64,000 bases of DNA from Bdellovibrionales bacterium (GCA_965219095.1 CBDCMT010000001.1:128001-192000); one strand, 5' to 3'. Shown: positions 1-10,281, numbered from the stretch's first letter. The notes: generated by a model not told the origin, from the letters alone. Made by a program: numbers and translations.

Positions 1-347
1 CAGGATTTCTTTGATTCTTAATGTCTATGATCAACTCTTCTGCTAACTTCTTAGCTTTTTTAACTTCCTTATCACTTGCAAAAATACCCATAGAACGAAT
101 GGTCTTTTGTACACACTTCCCCTTAAGCCAAACAGACTCTACAATCCGTACACTTTTTTTACCCTTAGACTTTGATGTTACTTTTATAAACATTCTTCAA
201 AAAGGCTAAACAACTTTTGCAAACTTGTAAAATGGGTCAGGGCCACAGAACCAACCTAAAATCTGTGTATAACTCCTTCAACTAAAAACTAGAGGCAAAA
301 GAACGGAAATATTTTTTTTTAACTCACTGTGTTGTGTCGAAGTCAGG
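1..347 (-). mobile_element. IS1634-family element, left end plus 5' part of transposase (ATG at 193, runs off window start)
   Basis: Terminal CCTGACTTCGACACAACAC on minus strand ending at 347; same end at 24356, 39643, 42295, 62472; minus frame from 193 reads MFIKVTSKSKGKKSVRIVESV, as at 42448+. Confidence 0.85.
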
Positions 348-369
348 ATAAAGCAAAAAAGGAGTTGTT

Positions 370-594
370 ATGCAAAAAAAGAAAAAAAGTAAAAATGAAA
401 AAAACAATGTTATACCCTTTCTTCCACAAACATCCTCTTGTCTGACTTGTCATAAAAAGGTAAATCGTATGTATTTTTGTGAAGAACATTTTCTGTGGTT
501 TAAAGAGGGTTTGATTGATAAAAATGGAAAAAAGCCTAAAGACTTCCAGAAAAAATATACCCTCTTTCTGAAAAAATATAAAAAATCAGCTTAA
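370..594 (+). CDS. Small basic hypothetical protein with CxxC...CxxH motif (possible zinc binding)
   Basis: GGAG RBS at 361; CLTC and FCEEH motifs. Confidence 0.6.
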   Translation: MQKKKKSKNEKNNVIPFLPQTSSCLTCHKKVNRMYFCEEHFLWFKEGLIDKNGKKPKDFQKKYTLFLKKYKKSA

Positions 595-601
595 GATTTC
601 C

Positions 602-782
602 GTAAGTCGGTTTCTTAACAGCCCTTGACTTCTGTGGAGAGGATGTTTCTTAGATTTTAACGGGGTTTTTTTGAAAGAAGTGTAGTCAGTATAAGTTAGG
701 AGCGGTTTAAAAACCGAGTTACGACTCATCTAAGAAATATCCTCCTCAGTAGAAGTCAAGGGCTGTTAAGAAACCGACTTAC
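602..782. mobile_element. IS66-derived MITE (181 bp)
   Basis: Long inverted termini GTAAGTCGGTTTCTTAACAGCCCTTGACTTCT...; 8-bp target duplication AGATTTCC at 594-601 and 783-790; no ORF. Confidence 0.9.
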
Positions 783-1023
783 AGATTTCCTACTTATCAA
801 TTCACTAGTGCAACCTTTTCTTTTAACAAATCTAAACTTTCTGGTAACTTTTTTTGCGAAAAAAACTCTCACACAAAATTAGCTTTGTATAGGGCTGTTC
901 AAAAACCGATTTACAGTCTAATGGAAACCCAAAAGGTATTGTAACAACTATTATTTTGGAAAATTGTCTCATCTTCTACCGTTAAGGGATCTAATGGAGT
1001 GGTTTTGTTATTTTTTTAGGATT

Positions 1024-1461
1024 TTAAGAAGACCTTTGGTGTAAAAAAGCTGTAGCATAGAATTTGATCTGTTTTAACATAGAAAGAAGTCCATTAGAGC
1101 GGTTGAGGCTTAAATGTTTTTCAAACTCTAAAGTTCCAAAAAAAGAGGCTTTTGTGTCTAAAATTTCCTTTGGTGTAAGTCCTGAATAAAGCTCTAAAAG
1201 AAGGGCAATTAAGCCTTTTGTAATCAAAGCATCACTATCGCTTTCAAAAATCACCTTACCTTCCTTTAAATAGGCTCTTAGCCAAACCTGAGCTTGACAG
1301 CCTTTGACTTTATAATCCTCTACTTTAAACCCCTCATCTAAAACTTTAAGTTTTTTCCCTTGCTCAATGATTTTTTTGTACCTTTCCTCCCAAGAGGACA
1401 TGTTTTGAAACCTTTCGATAATTCTTTGGTTTCTTTCGCAAAATTTAACGCTATGAGTTAT
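1024..1461 (-). CDS. sufE: SufE family Fe-S cluster assembly sulfur acceptor (first ATG at 1401; probable ATA start at 1461)
   Basis: WEERY, VKGCQAQVW, DSDALITKGL, LSLNRSNGL motifs; AGGAGG SD 6 nt before in-frame ATA. Confidence 0.9.
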   Translation of the reverse strand: MTHSVKFCERNQRIIERFQNMSSWEERYKKIIEQGKKLKVLDEGFKVEDYKVKGCQAQVWLRAYLKEGKVIFESDSDALITKGLIALLLELYSGLTPKEILDTKASFFGTLEFEKHLSLNRSNGLLSMLKQIKFYATAFLHQRSS

Positions 1462-1524
1462 AAATCACCTCCTCCTCCTAATATCTTATTGAAATTGAAA
1501 GAGATTTTCAATAAGATTTTAAGT

Positions 1525-1998
1525 ATGAGAAAAGAAAAAAAGGTTTTGTTTTTTATTTCTTTTTTAATTCTAACATCTTGCAGTCTGCTTGATGGAACCT
1601 CGCTTATTCCTGATATGGCCATTAAGTGCAAATCCTCTGTTTGCTCTGAAAGTTTAAAAGATAAGGATGTTTATTTTGGAATTACAACTGATTTAAACTT
1701 TGATTGTGATGATGATCTTTCTGACTTCGATGACTACGAAAAGTTTAAAGCCTTCTTTCATGTCTACGCAAAAGGAAGAACAGTTTGGAAAAACAGTGCT
1801 ATTGAACTTAAAGAGAACATTGAATCTTGGCAAGGAGAATTAGATAGCAACGTCTTTGGGTTTGTCAAACCTGCCCAAGTGTGTGTGTTCATTGATACAA
1901 ATGAAAATGAGCAATTAAACTCTGATGAACCTATTGCAAGTGACGGTGTGGACTTAGGCTTTACTTTGCAAACCATTAATAAATGGAGAAACAAATGA
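1525..1998 (+). CDS. Predicted lipoprotein of unknown function
   Basis: MRKEKKVLFFISFLILTS-C lipobox from ATG 1525; the ORF-track start at 1360 would overlap sufE. Confidence 0.7.
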   Translation: MRKEKKVLFFISFLILTSCSLLDGTSLIPDMAIKCKSSVCSESLKDKDVYFGITTDLNFDCDDDLSDFDDYEKFKAFFHVYAKGRTVWKNSAIELKENIESWQGELDSNVFGFVKPAQVCVFIDTNENEQLNSDEPIASDGVDLGFTLQTINKWRNK

Positions 1999-2177
1999 AG
2001 TTATTTGATTTTCTTTTTGGAAAAATTCCTAAAATCTTTAATAAAAAAGGAGAAGTCGTTCACCGCATGGATCAAAAAAAACTCTCTGAGTGGAAAAAAA
2101 ATTACACTTCAGATCCTGAGAAAAACTGGCGTCAGCATAAGGGTCGTGAAAGCATTTTCCAAAAGAAAAGATCCTAA
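1995..2177 (+). CDS. Small hypothetical protein
   Basis: ATGA coupling with the upstream lipoprotein stop (1995-1998). Confidence 0.6.
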   Translation: MKLFDFLFGKIPKIFNKKGEVVHRMDQKKLSEWKKNYTSDPEKNWRQHKGRESIFQKKRS

Positions 2178-2277
2178 ATTAATAAGATCCTTTTTAAAAA
2201 AACTAAAGCAGTTTTAAAAAATAAAAAGAAGATCTTCTTCTCAAAGCTTTAATAAAGAGTGATGGAAAGCAAAAAAG

Positions 2278-3483
2278 TTAAGACTTTTTTCTAAGCCATA
2301 AAAGAGCTTCTTTATAATTTCTAAGCTCTCCTTTCCACTGTAAAAAAAGACATTCCTTTAAAATTTCTTTATACTGAGGCCCCTGTGGAATCCCTTGGTT
2401 TTTCAAGTCCTCCCCTGTTAAGAAACAAGTTGGCAAAAAACCCTTATCTGTCATAAGAGATTGGTATTGTTGAACAAACTGCTCTAAAAACTCAAAATCC
2501 ATAAGTTCTAAAAGCTCTAAAAAAAGAAGACCTTGTTTGTGATTTAAAATTTGTAATTTTTCGTACTGATTTAAGTCCTTAAATTCTTCATAAGATTTTA
2601 ACAGAAATAAAACCTTATGCTGTAAAGATTTTGAGCACTTTAAGCTTTGTAGATCCTTTTTAGTCTGTTCTAAAGAGAGTTTCATTTTTAAAAATAAAAG
2701 AGCTAAAAGAAGACCAGTATCTTTTGTTTTTACTTGCGAAAGGGTTTTCTTTAAAGATAGCCAATTTTTTGAAGAGGATAGATGATGGGAAAGATAAGGA
2801 AAAATATCTTTAAAGTACCCCAAGTTTTTAAGATCTTCTAAACCCCTTAAGAAAAAAGGTGATAAAAGTATCTTTTGAAACTCTTCTAAAATTCTTTCTT
2901 TAGAGATCTGAGATAAAGACACTTTGTACAAAGCTCTATATGTAGTCTCTTCAATAAAAAAATTAAGTTGTGTTACAAAACGAATGGTTCTTAGAGCTCT
3001 TAATTGATCTTCTTTAAAACGTTTTAAAGGTTTTCCTACGGTTTTGATTGTTTTTAGCTTTAAATCTTTTAAACCTTCCACTAAATCAATCACTTGTTTC
3101 GAAAAAGGATCATAAAATAAAGCGTTGATAGTAAAATCTCTTCTCAAAGCATCTTGTTTATAAGTAGCAGGTGTTATACTATCGGGATGTCTTCCATCCG
3201 AATAAATACCATCTTTACGAAAAGTAGCAATATCCACTTCACAAATCTCACTTCTGATTTTCACAACACCAAAGCTTTCTCCTACTTTATGAGAATCAGG
3301 AAAAAGAAAACTTAGTTCTTGGAAAGATGCGTCAGTAGCTAAATCAAAGTCCTTAAAAGCTCTTTTCAACAGTCCATCCCTTACACTCCCTCCTATTAAA
3401 TAAACCTGAAAGCCTTTATCTTTAATTTTTTCACAAATGTTTTTGACAAAAGGCCAGTTTGTGTGATTCTCAATAAAGTCCAT
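2278..3483 (-). CDS. cca: CCA-adding tRNA nucleotidyltransferase / poly(A) polymerase family
   Basis: GGSVRD, DFDLAT, DALRRDFTINAL, RFKEDQLRALR motifs; ATG at 3483. Confidence 0.9.
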   Translation of the reverse strand: MDFIENHTNWPFVKNICEKIKDKGFQVYLIGGSVRDGLLKRAFKDFDLATDASFQELSFLFPDSHKVGESFGVVKIRSEICEVDIATFRKDGIYSDGRHPDSITPATYKQDALRRDFTINALFYDPFSKQVIDLVEGLKDLKLKTIKTVGKPLKRFKEDQLRALRTIRFVTQLNFFIEETTYRALYKVSLSQISKERILEEFQKILLSPFFLRGLEDLKNLGYFKDIFPYLSHHLSSSKNWLSLKKTLSQVKTKDTGLLLALLFLKMKLSLEQTKKDLQSLKCSKSLQHKVLFLLKSYEEFKDLNQYEKLQILNHKQGLLFLELLELMDFEFLEQFVQQYQSLMTDKGFLPTCFLTGEDLKNQGIPQGPQYKEILKECLFLQWKGELRNYKEALLWLRKKS

Positions 3484-4516
3484 GAGTACATCTATTATTC
3501 CATTAATTGAAGATTTAAGTAAAGACTTAAACTTTACTAGCTTCGGCACTACTATCTTAAAAAAGCCTTTATCCTTTCATTACTATCAACAATGGCTCCG
3601 TGAAGGCCTTCACCATGACATGGATTACTTAAAAGATCATGCACCATTAAAAGAAAATCCTAAGAAACTTCTTTCAAGAGCTCACTCAGCCCTTGTCTTT
3701 ACTCAAAACTATGTCCCCCACCCCTATTCTGAAGGATACCCTCTAAAAGCTTTGAAAGTAGCTCTTTACGCTAAAGGAAAAGACTATCACCATTGGTTTA
3801 AAAAAAAGTTATCCCTTCTTTGTGAAAGACTTAAAAGCAAGATGCCCTCAGAAGAGTTTTTAGCTTTTACAGACTCAAGTCCTGTTTTGGAAAAAGATCT
3901 GGCACAACAAGCAGGATTGGGCTGGTTTGGGAAAAACACATGTCTTATCCATCCTAAAAAGGGCAGTTTGTTTTTTATAGGAGAGATTTATACAAGCCTT
4001 AAATTAGAGCCTGTTTTAAAAGAAATCTCTTATCACTGTGGAACATGTACACGCTGTATTGATGCCTGCCCCACTCAAGCTTTTATTGAACCTTTTAAGC
4101 TAGATGCTGGAAAATGTATCTCTTATTTGACCATTGAATCAAAAAATCTTCTTCCTAAAGAAGATTTGAGAGTTCAAATAGGAGATTGGTTTTTTGGCTG
4201 TGATCTTTGCCAAACAGTCTGTCCTTGGAATCAAAAGATCTTTACACAAAGTTTAAAGAAAGTGAAAAAAGCAAAATATAAAGATCTTATTGATGACCTC
4301 AGATTCATTCTTCAAAGCTCTCATAAAAAACTTCAGAAAACTTTTTCTCAAACAGCCCTTAGTAGAGCAAGGCCTAAGGCTTTGAAACGAAATGCTCTTA
4401 TTGTGACAGGCAATTTAAAGCTCCATGAATTACGAAAGGATGTTCTTAATCTCTCTTCTATAAAGGACTTTTCTGAACTAGCTCGTTGGACTTTAAAACA
4501 AATGGATTCTCTTTAA
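3482..4516 (+). CDS. queG: Epoxyqueuosine reductase
   Basis: YAKGKDYH, DSSPVLEK, AGLGWFGKN, CGTCTRCIDACP, FGCDLCQTVCPWN. Confidence 0.95.
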   Translation: MSTSIIPLIEDLSKDLNFTSFGTTILKKPLSFHYYQQWLREGLHHDMDYLKDHAPLKENPKKLLSRAHSALVFTQNYVPHPYSEGYPLKALKVALYAKGKDYHHWFKKKLSLLCERLKSKMPSEEFLAFTDSSPVLEKDLAQQAGLGWFGKNTCLIHPKKGSLFFIGEIYTSLKLEPVLKEISYHCGTCTRCIDACPTQAFIEPFKLDAGKCISYLTIESKNLLPKEDLRVQIGDWFFGCDLCQTVCPWNQKIFTQSLKKVKKAKYKDLIDDLRFILQSSHKKLQKTFSQTALSRARPKALKRNALIVTGNLKLHELRKDVLNLSSIKDFSELARWTLKQMDSL

Positions 4517-4521
4517 AGTTT

Positions 4522-5469
4522 ATGTTAAAAAAAAATATGTTTGAGAGAATAAAAGAAGATTTGTTTTTTAAAAAACAAAATGACTTAAGGCTAGGAGAAT
4601 GGGTTTCATCTATAGAGTCCTTAGATCAGCTTTCTAAGGGGGGAGTTCTTATAGCAGGTTACCCTGATGATGAAGGCATTAAACTGAATGGGGGTCGTTT
4701 AGGAGCTTCTCAAGCCCCTTGTGAAATAAGACGTATATTTTACCGCATGACAGCATACCCTCAACTCCCCCCTCTCTATGATAGAGGAGATTTAAAAGTC
4801 AAAAAACTTGCTTTGAAAACACGCCATCAAGAAGTAAGGACTTTAGTCTTTGAAGCTCTAGAAAAAAACTTATTTGTGATGGGCTTAGGAGGAGGGCATG
4901 ACTATGCTTATGGAGACGGGGCTGGTTTTTTAAATTATCATCATCAAAAAAAACCTCTTATCATTAACGTGGACGCTCACTTAGATGTAAGAGACTTAAC
5001 TCAAGGTCTTTCAAGTGGTACACCTTTTTATCGTTTGCTTAGTGATTTTTCAAACTTTGACCTCATTGAGCTAGGCATTCAAAGGTTTTGCAATACACCA
5101 GAACATATAAAGTGGTGTGAGAGAAAAAACGTTTCCATCTCTTATCTTGATGACTATGAATTTTCTTGGACTTGTTTTTCGAAAAGATTTCATCACCTTC
5201 TTAAAGAGAAAAGGCCAACCTATTTAAGCATCGACATTGATGCCTTTTCTTCAAGTTATGCCATGGGTGCAAGCCAATCTTGGCCCTCAGGACTGACTCC
5301 TAGGGAGTTTTTCCCTCTTTATAAGAAATTATTGAAGTACTTAGAAGTTCAGGTATTAGGGATTTATGAGGTCTCCCCTCCCCTAGACCACGATCATTTA
5401 ACCTGTAAACTAACTTCAGAATTGATGTACAGCTTTTTAGAATCAAAAAAAAAGCCTCTTTCTTTTTAA
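4522..5469 (+). CDS. hutG: Formimidoylglutamase (arginase fold)
   Basis: PDDEGIKLNGGRLGA, LGGGHD, INVDAHLDVR, SGTPFY, SIDIDAF, YEVSPPLD. Confidence 0.9.
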   Translation: MLKKNMFERIKEDLFFKKQNDLRLGEWVSSIESLDQLSKGGVLIAGYPDDEGIKLNGGRLGASQAPCEIRRIFYRMTAYPQLPPLYDRGDLKVKKLALKTRHQEVRTLVFEALEKNLFVMGLGGGHDYAYGDGAGFLNYHHQKKPLIINVDAHLDVRDLTQGLSSGTPFYRLLSDFSNFDLIELGIQRFCNTPEHIKWCERKNVSISYLDDYEFSWTCFSKRFHHLLKEKRPTYLSIDIDAFSSSYAMGASQSWPSGLTPREFFPLYKKLLKYLEVQVLGIYEVSPPLDHDHLTCKLTSELMYSFLESKKKPLSF

Positions 5470-5511
5470 AAGAGATTTGCTTTCATTTGTCTTTTTTGGC
5501 ATACTTTCCCT

Positions 5512-6819
5512 ATGTTCACACCTTTAAGAACACTTCCTGAAAAATCCTTTTTCACCCATGAAGATATCGCTGTGATCTTTGGCGAGGTGTTTGACCGAGG
5601 TTATGTGAATGGTATTATTGAGGAATTAAAATTTAATAATATTCCTATAATTTATTCCACAGTAGGTCGAAGGGATCAAAATAAAAAAATAAGAGCTTTA
5701 ACAGAAGAAGAGTTAGCTGAAAGATACAAACCCCTCATCAATGTACCTCTAGAGACAGGCTTTGATTTGTTTCAGCCTGAAGGAGGTGAGAACTTCATTG
5801 ATCAACTTAAAAACATAGACCTTAACTCATGGAAAGACTTTAAAATCCCTATTGAAACCATTGAAGATATTTCTAGACAAGCTACTTTAGAATTTAAGTC
5901 AAGACTCAAAATGTATTTTGAGCAATTAAAACCTCATTTAAAAAATAAAAGAAAGATTTTATTCATCCATACTATGGCTGGAGGCATTCCTCGTGCAAAA
6001 ATTATTCTTGTTCTTATGAACCGTGTTTTTAAAGCCTCAGGAGATCGTTTTATCTCTTCGAAAGATTTTTGGAATGGGAGCGATCTAGGTCGTCTATGTT
6101 TGAGAAACTTTCAAGATGTGACAGCAGAAAGTTTTTTCCATCTTATAGAACATACAGAAGATTTAAGAAACAACCATGAAGTTAGTTACATTGCTTACGG
6201 TTATCATGGCAATGAAGTTTTAATAGGAGATTCATATAAATGGCAATCTTATACCCCTTACCTTCAAGGTTTTGCTAAACTTCGTTTAGAGGAGATAAGT
6301 TTAAAGGCTTACAAGAAAGGACTCCAGGTTTGTGTTTTTAATGTTCCTGAGATCTTAACTAATTCTACAACCGTTTTTTCAGGAGTGGAACTTGCTCTTT
6401 TTAATCTCATTGGCTCCCTAGAAAAAAAAGCTTCTCTGCACCCTTGGACAAGAGCCTTTCAAAAATTATCTAAAAACTTTTTAAAGGATGAATTTGAGCT
6501 TGAAAATATATTTCAAGAAGCTCAAAAATACTTTACACATCCAAATTTTGAAAATTGGAATAATTTTAATTCATGGCCTGATCATTCTCGTAAAGAACAA
6601 CTGAATTTGATGCAACTTCACTCCAAAAACATCCTCAATATGCATAAAAGCAAAAAAGAGCTTGTAGCGGCTCTTTTAAGCCAGCTTGTATTTAGAGTGA
6701 CTGGTCATATTATTTACAGATATGCTGACAAAATCAAAAACCCTGTTTGTTGGATCGGCCATGAAATGATCACTGAAAACTTGGCTCAGGTGGAGGGACT
6801 CGAACCCCCGACCCGGTGA
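5512..6819 (+). CDS. fabMG: Enoyl-ACP reductase, FabMG family
   Basis: FGEVFDRGY, STVGRR, INVPLETGFD, HTMAGGIPRAKI, YIAYGYHG, WQSYTPYLQG, PEILTNS recalled as FabMG-family motifs. Confidence 0.7.
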   Translation: MFTPLRTLPEKSFFTHEDIAVIFGEVFDRGYVNGIIEELKFNNIPIIYSTVGRRDQNKKIRALTEEELAERYKPLINVPLETGFDLFQPEGGENFIDQLKNIDLNSWKDFKIPIETIEDISRQATLEFKSRLKMYFEQLKPHLKNKRKILFIHTMAGGIPRAKIILVLMNRVFKASGDRFISSKDFWNGSDLGRLCLRNFQDVTAESFFHLIEHTEDLRNNHEVSYIAYGYHGNEVLIGDSYKWQSYTPYLQGFAKLRLEEISLKAYKKGLQVCVFNVPEILTNSTTVFSGVELALFNLIGSLEKKASLHPWTRAFQKLSKNFLKDEFELENIFQEAQKYFTHPNFENWNNFNSWPDHSRKEQLNLMQLHSKNILNMHKSKKELVAALLSQLVFRVTGHIIYRYADKIKNPVCWIGHEMITENLAQVEGLEPPTR

Positions 6820-6856
6820 TTAACAGTCACCTGCTCTACCACTAAGCTACACCTGA
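6782..6856 (-). tRNA. tRNA-Asn (GTT)
   Basis: Cloverleaf TCAGGTG...CACCTGA-G-CCA, anticodon loop CTGTTAA, T-loop GTTCGAG. Confidence 0.95.
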
Positions 6857-7113
6857 AAGAATAGTAATAGCTTATCAGCCTTTTCAAAAAAACACAAACT
6901 TTTTAAAGTCGCTAAACCCTGTAGAATTTGAAAAATGGAGCAAATAAGGTAATTATCTCTTAAAAAAGTTAACTATTTTGAATCACACCAACCAACATAA
7001 TGGATCCGGACTTATTTTCGTTTCATATACCTTTCTTCTGGTGATTGTAACAAAAAACTCAGAATCCGGTAACCCAATTAAAAGAGTCAATAAGCTATAT
7101 CTACTGATTATAC

Positions 7114-8134
7114 GTAAGTCGGTTATATGACCGCCCTTGACTTCTACTGAGGAGGATATTTCTTAGATTTTAAAGGAGAAGTTTTTATTGATCTTGTTGT
7201 AAAACGGTGTTGTAAGACGTTTTCCTAAGGCCTTCCCCGTTACAAAAGTATTAGAGAAGTTCTTAAAAGAATAATTCTTAGTTTTTTTTCGTAATTTTGA
7301 TTTTCTTTGTGCTTTATTCTTTAAGAACAAAGCTCACTTGTATACTCAAAAGGCGTTTTAATAGGCATCTTATCGAGGGAGTTTCCCACAACCATTAAAA
7401 TATAGTCCTTAGGATCTAATTCCACCTTCTTACAACTTTCCACAATACTGTAAAGTACTGATGCTGTTTCAGCTCCTCTCTGAGTCCTTGACCCATGAAA
7501 GTTCTTTCTTCCCATCACAGAATGTCGAATCGTTCTTTCTGCTTCATTGTTTGTCATAGGAATTTTCTCATTTTCTAAGAATAAATTTAAGCCATCCCAG
7601 TGATTAAAGCTATAATCAATAGCCTTTTTTAACCCACTCTCAGGACGAGCTTCTCCATAAAGTTTATAATACAGATCTTGCAGAGAAAGAACTAAATCCT
7701 TTGATTCTGTTTGTCTTAAACTTTTGAGCTCTTCATAAGTTTTTGCCTTTGATTCAACTTTAAAAATCTTCCCCATAAGCTTTAATACTTTTCCACACTC
7801 CTCAGGGTAATTCTGTTCTATGTCAATAAACTTTCTTATCACTGAGACCAACAAAAAGCAAGATCAATTCCCTTTTCATCCTTAAAGTGTGTTTTATAAC
7901 TAACGTATCCATCTGTTAAAATAGGCCCCTTATAAGAGCCTAAGAGTTTTTTAATAGAACAGGCTGAACGGCTCTCACTAAAGTAATAAAAACTTCCTCC
8001 CTGATGACTTATAACAAACATGTAGCCGTCCTTTTGATGTGAATTATTAATAGGCCATGGAGTTTCATCAATATGAATCGTTCTGTCTAGTTTAAGAAGT
8101 TCCTCTTTGTTATTTTGTAAGTTGTTATTTAGAG
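7114..8134 (-). mobile_element. IS66-family right end with frameshifted, 5'-truncated tnpC (7321-8138)
   Basis: End GTAAGTCGGTTATATGACCGCCC at 7114; HIDETP, LTDGY, TNNEAER motifs; 1-nt loss in the CWSH(V)IRKF region near 7840. Confidence 0.9.
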
Positions 8135-8329
8135 CCAATTACAGAAATTAATTCAACGGTAAATCAAAAAGACAGGTCACTGGTTTAAGCCATGATAGTG
8201 ACCTGAAGTACTTGCAGAAGGAGGTGAGCTTCTCAAAACAAATTCTAAACCCTTTAAAGGAGAGTTTCATCTTGAGCATTCTCGCCATCGTAGCCCACAA
8301 AACTTTGTCATCAATCTTTTAGGTACTCT

Positions 8330-10108
8330 GTAACTCGGTTGTCTGACAGCCCTTGACTCCTATAAGGAGGGGGGTTCTTAAAAAATAAAGCACAAAGAAA
8401 ATCACAATACGAAAAAAAAACGTAACTGCTCACCTACATTGTTCAGTTATCCCTAACTTTAGACCTGTTTTAAGATAAAAGTCTTGCTCTTACAGATTTT
8501 CTTTTAAATACTCTTTTCAAATGACAATAAATAAGACCTCCATCAGAAATGAGATTGAAAATATAAGAAGTGACTTTGATAAGCTTGCAAAGAAAGGTTC
8601 TATGCCTACTGAGATTTCTGTGATTGTTGAATCTCTCTTTAAGGTTGTGAACATTCTGATTGTTGTGTTTTTAGAAAAACAGGTTCGAAAAAATTCCAGC
8701 AACAGCGGTCTTCCTCCTTCGCAAGATTTTAGTCGTCAAGGGAATCGTAATAAGAAAGCTAGTGGGAGTCAAAAAAAGGGCTCTAGACTTGATAACAGTA
8801 AAGATACAAACAGTGAGGAGACTGTCTCTCCCTCAGAGTGTTCTCAGTGTGGGATGTTTTTAAAGACAGCAGAGGTAAAAAGCCTTGAGAAGCGTAAAAA
8901 GATTGATATTTTTTATGAAATTCAGACCCATACTGTAACTTCTGAGGTTAAGGATTGTCCCTCATGTGGAGCTAGAAATAAAGGTCAATTCCCTAAAGGT
9001 ATGAGTGGTCCTCTTCAGTATGGTATAGGCATTAGAGCTTCCATCATCAATTTCATTATAGTTCAGATGCTGTCTTTTAGAGCGTGTTGGGGAACATTAC
9101 ATGGGGCTTATAGGTCGAATGATTTCTCCTGCAGTTATGTTGAGATACATTGCTGAATTAGGAGAGTTTCTTAAAAGTTGGGAAGAGCAGATGAAAGAAA
9201 AGATACTTGAATCAGAGGTCATTCATGTTGATGAGACCTCTATGAGGGTTAAGGGTAAAAACTACTGGATTCATACTTATAGTTCAGGAGAATTAGTCTT
9301 GCAGTTTCTCCACCTTTCAGGTGGAAGGGAAGCCATAAAAGATATTGGTCTCTTGGATAGATATGCAGGAGTGCTTGTGCATGATTGTTGGAGTCCTTAC
9401 TTTTGTTATGATAAGATAACTCATGCTTTGTGTGTGGCTCACCTTTTGAGAGAGCTTAAATTTATAGAAGAAAGCAATGGATTCAAATGGGCTATAAATC
9501 TCAAAAAACTTCTTAAAGAGACTGTGGAGTTAGTTCATAAAAAAGAGTCAAGAGTTCTGACTCAAAAAGAGTACGAAACTCTTCAGAGAAGGTATAGGAG
9601 TATTCTTACAAAAGGCTTAAAAGAGCTTCCAGAATTTCCTAAAAAAAATGGCAAGAAAGGACGAATAAAGCATACACAAGCTCAAAACCTTTGGCTGCGA
9701 TTTAAAAAGTATGAAGCAGAAATACTGTGCTTTGCTAAAAGAAAGAACGTAGATCCTACTAATAACAGAGCTGAAAGAGATCTAAGAATGACTAAAGTGA
9801 AAAAGAAAGTGTCAGGGTGTTTCAGAACAGAAGAAATGGCGAAATATTTTTGTCGCATTACCAGCTATGTTAAAACAATGAGAAATAGAGGGTATTCTTC
9901 TTTAGAAGCCATCTCTTTGACATTTCGAGACGTGTCAGATTAAGTTGCGACTATTACATCTAATACTTTTGTAACGGGGAAGATCTTAGGAAAACGTCTT
10001 ACAGGCTTGTTCAAGCTTGTTTTACAACAAGATCAATAAAAACTTCTCCTTTAAAATCTAAGAAACATCTTCTTATAGGAGTCAAGGGCTGTTAAAAAAC
10101 CGACTTAC
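8330..10108. mobile_element. IS66-type non-autonomous shell carrying a nested second IS66
   Basis: GTAACTCGG...CCGACTTAC ends; 8-bp TSD GGTACTCT at 8322-8329 and 10109-10116. Confidence 0.85.
8422..9943 (+). pseudogene. Single-ORF IS66 (ISBst12-like) transposase, frameshifted near 9075, right end replaced by an IS481-like end (to 9958)
   Basis: Left end GTAACTGCTCACC at 8422; KNSSNSGLPPS, CxxC, HVDETS, LVHDCW, TNNRAERDLR; ORFs 8521-9156 and 9101-9943. Confidence 0.85.
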
Positions 10109-10212
10109 GGTACTCTCATCTCCTATTGCTTAAAACCTAAAAAACCCTCCATTCAACTTAAAACTCAAGAACAGGAGCTTCTGAACAATATATAAAAGTC
10201 GAAACTCGGGTT

Positions 10213-10281
10213 AACAGAGTTTGATAAAAAATCCAGGATGCTATGCGTTAAAAAACGTCGAATTAATTTTTGGAAATGGTA
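10213..10281 (-). mobile_element. IS630 type-B left-end remnant
   Basis: Reverse complement of TACCATTTCCAAAAATTAATTCGAC seen at 55554 and 62873. Confidence 0.85.

Larger units (their letters stand above)
8155..10211 (+). mobile_element. IS982-family 3' remnant split by an IS66 insertion (8330-10108)
   Basis: EHSRHRSPQNFVINLLGTL before 8330 continues as ISYCLKPKKPSIQL after 10116; end CGAAACTCGGGT at 10200-10211. Confidence 0.75.

Noticed and set aside
21..209. 62-aa plus-strand ORF
   Set aside because: Antisense to the IS1634 transposase start
1360..1524. N-terminal extension of the lipoprotein ORF
   Set aside because: Overlaps sufE and its RBS; the signal peptide begins at 1525
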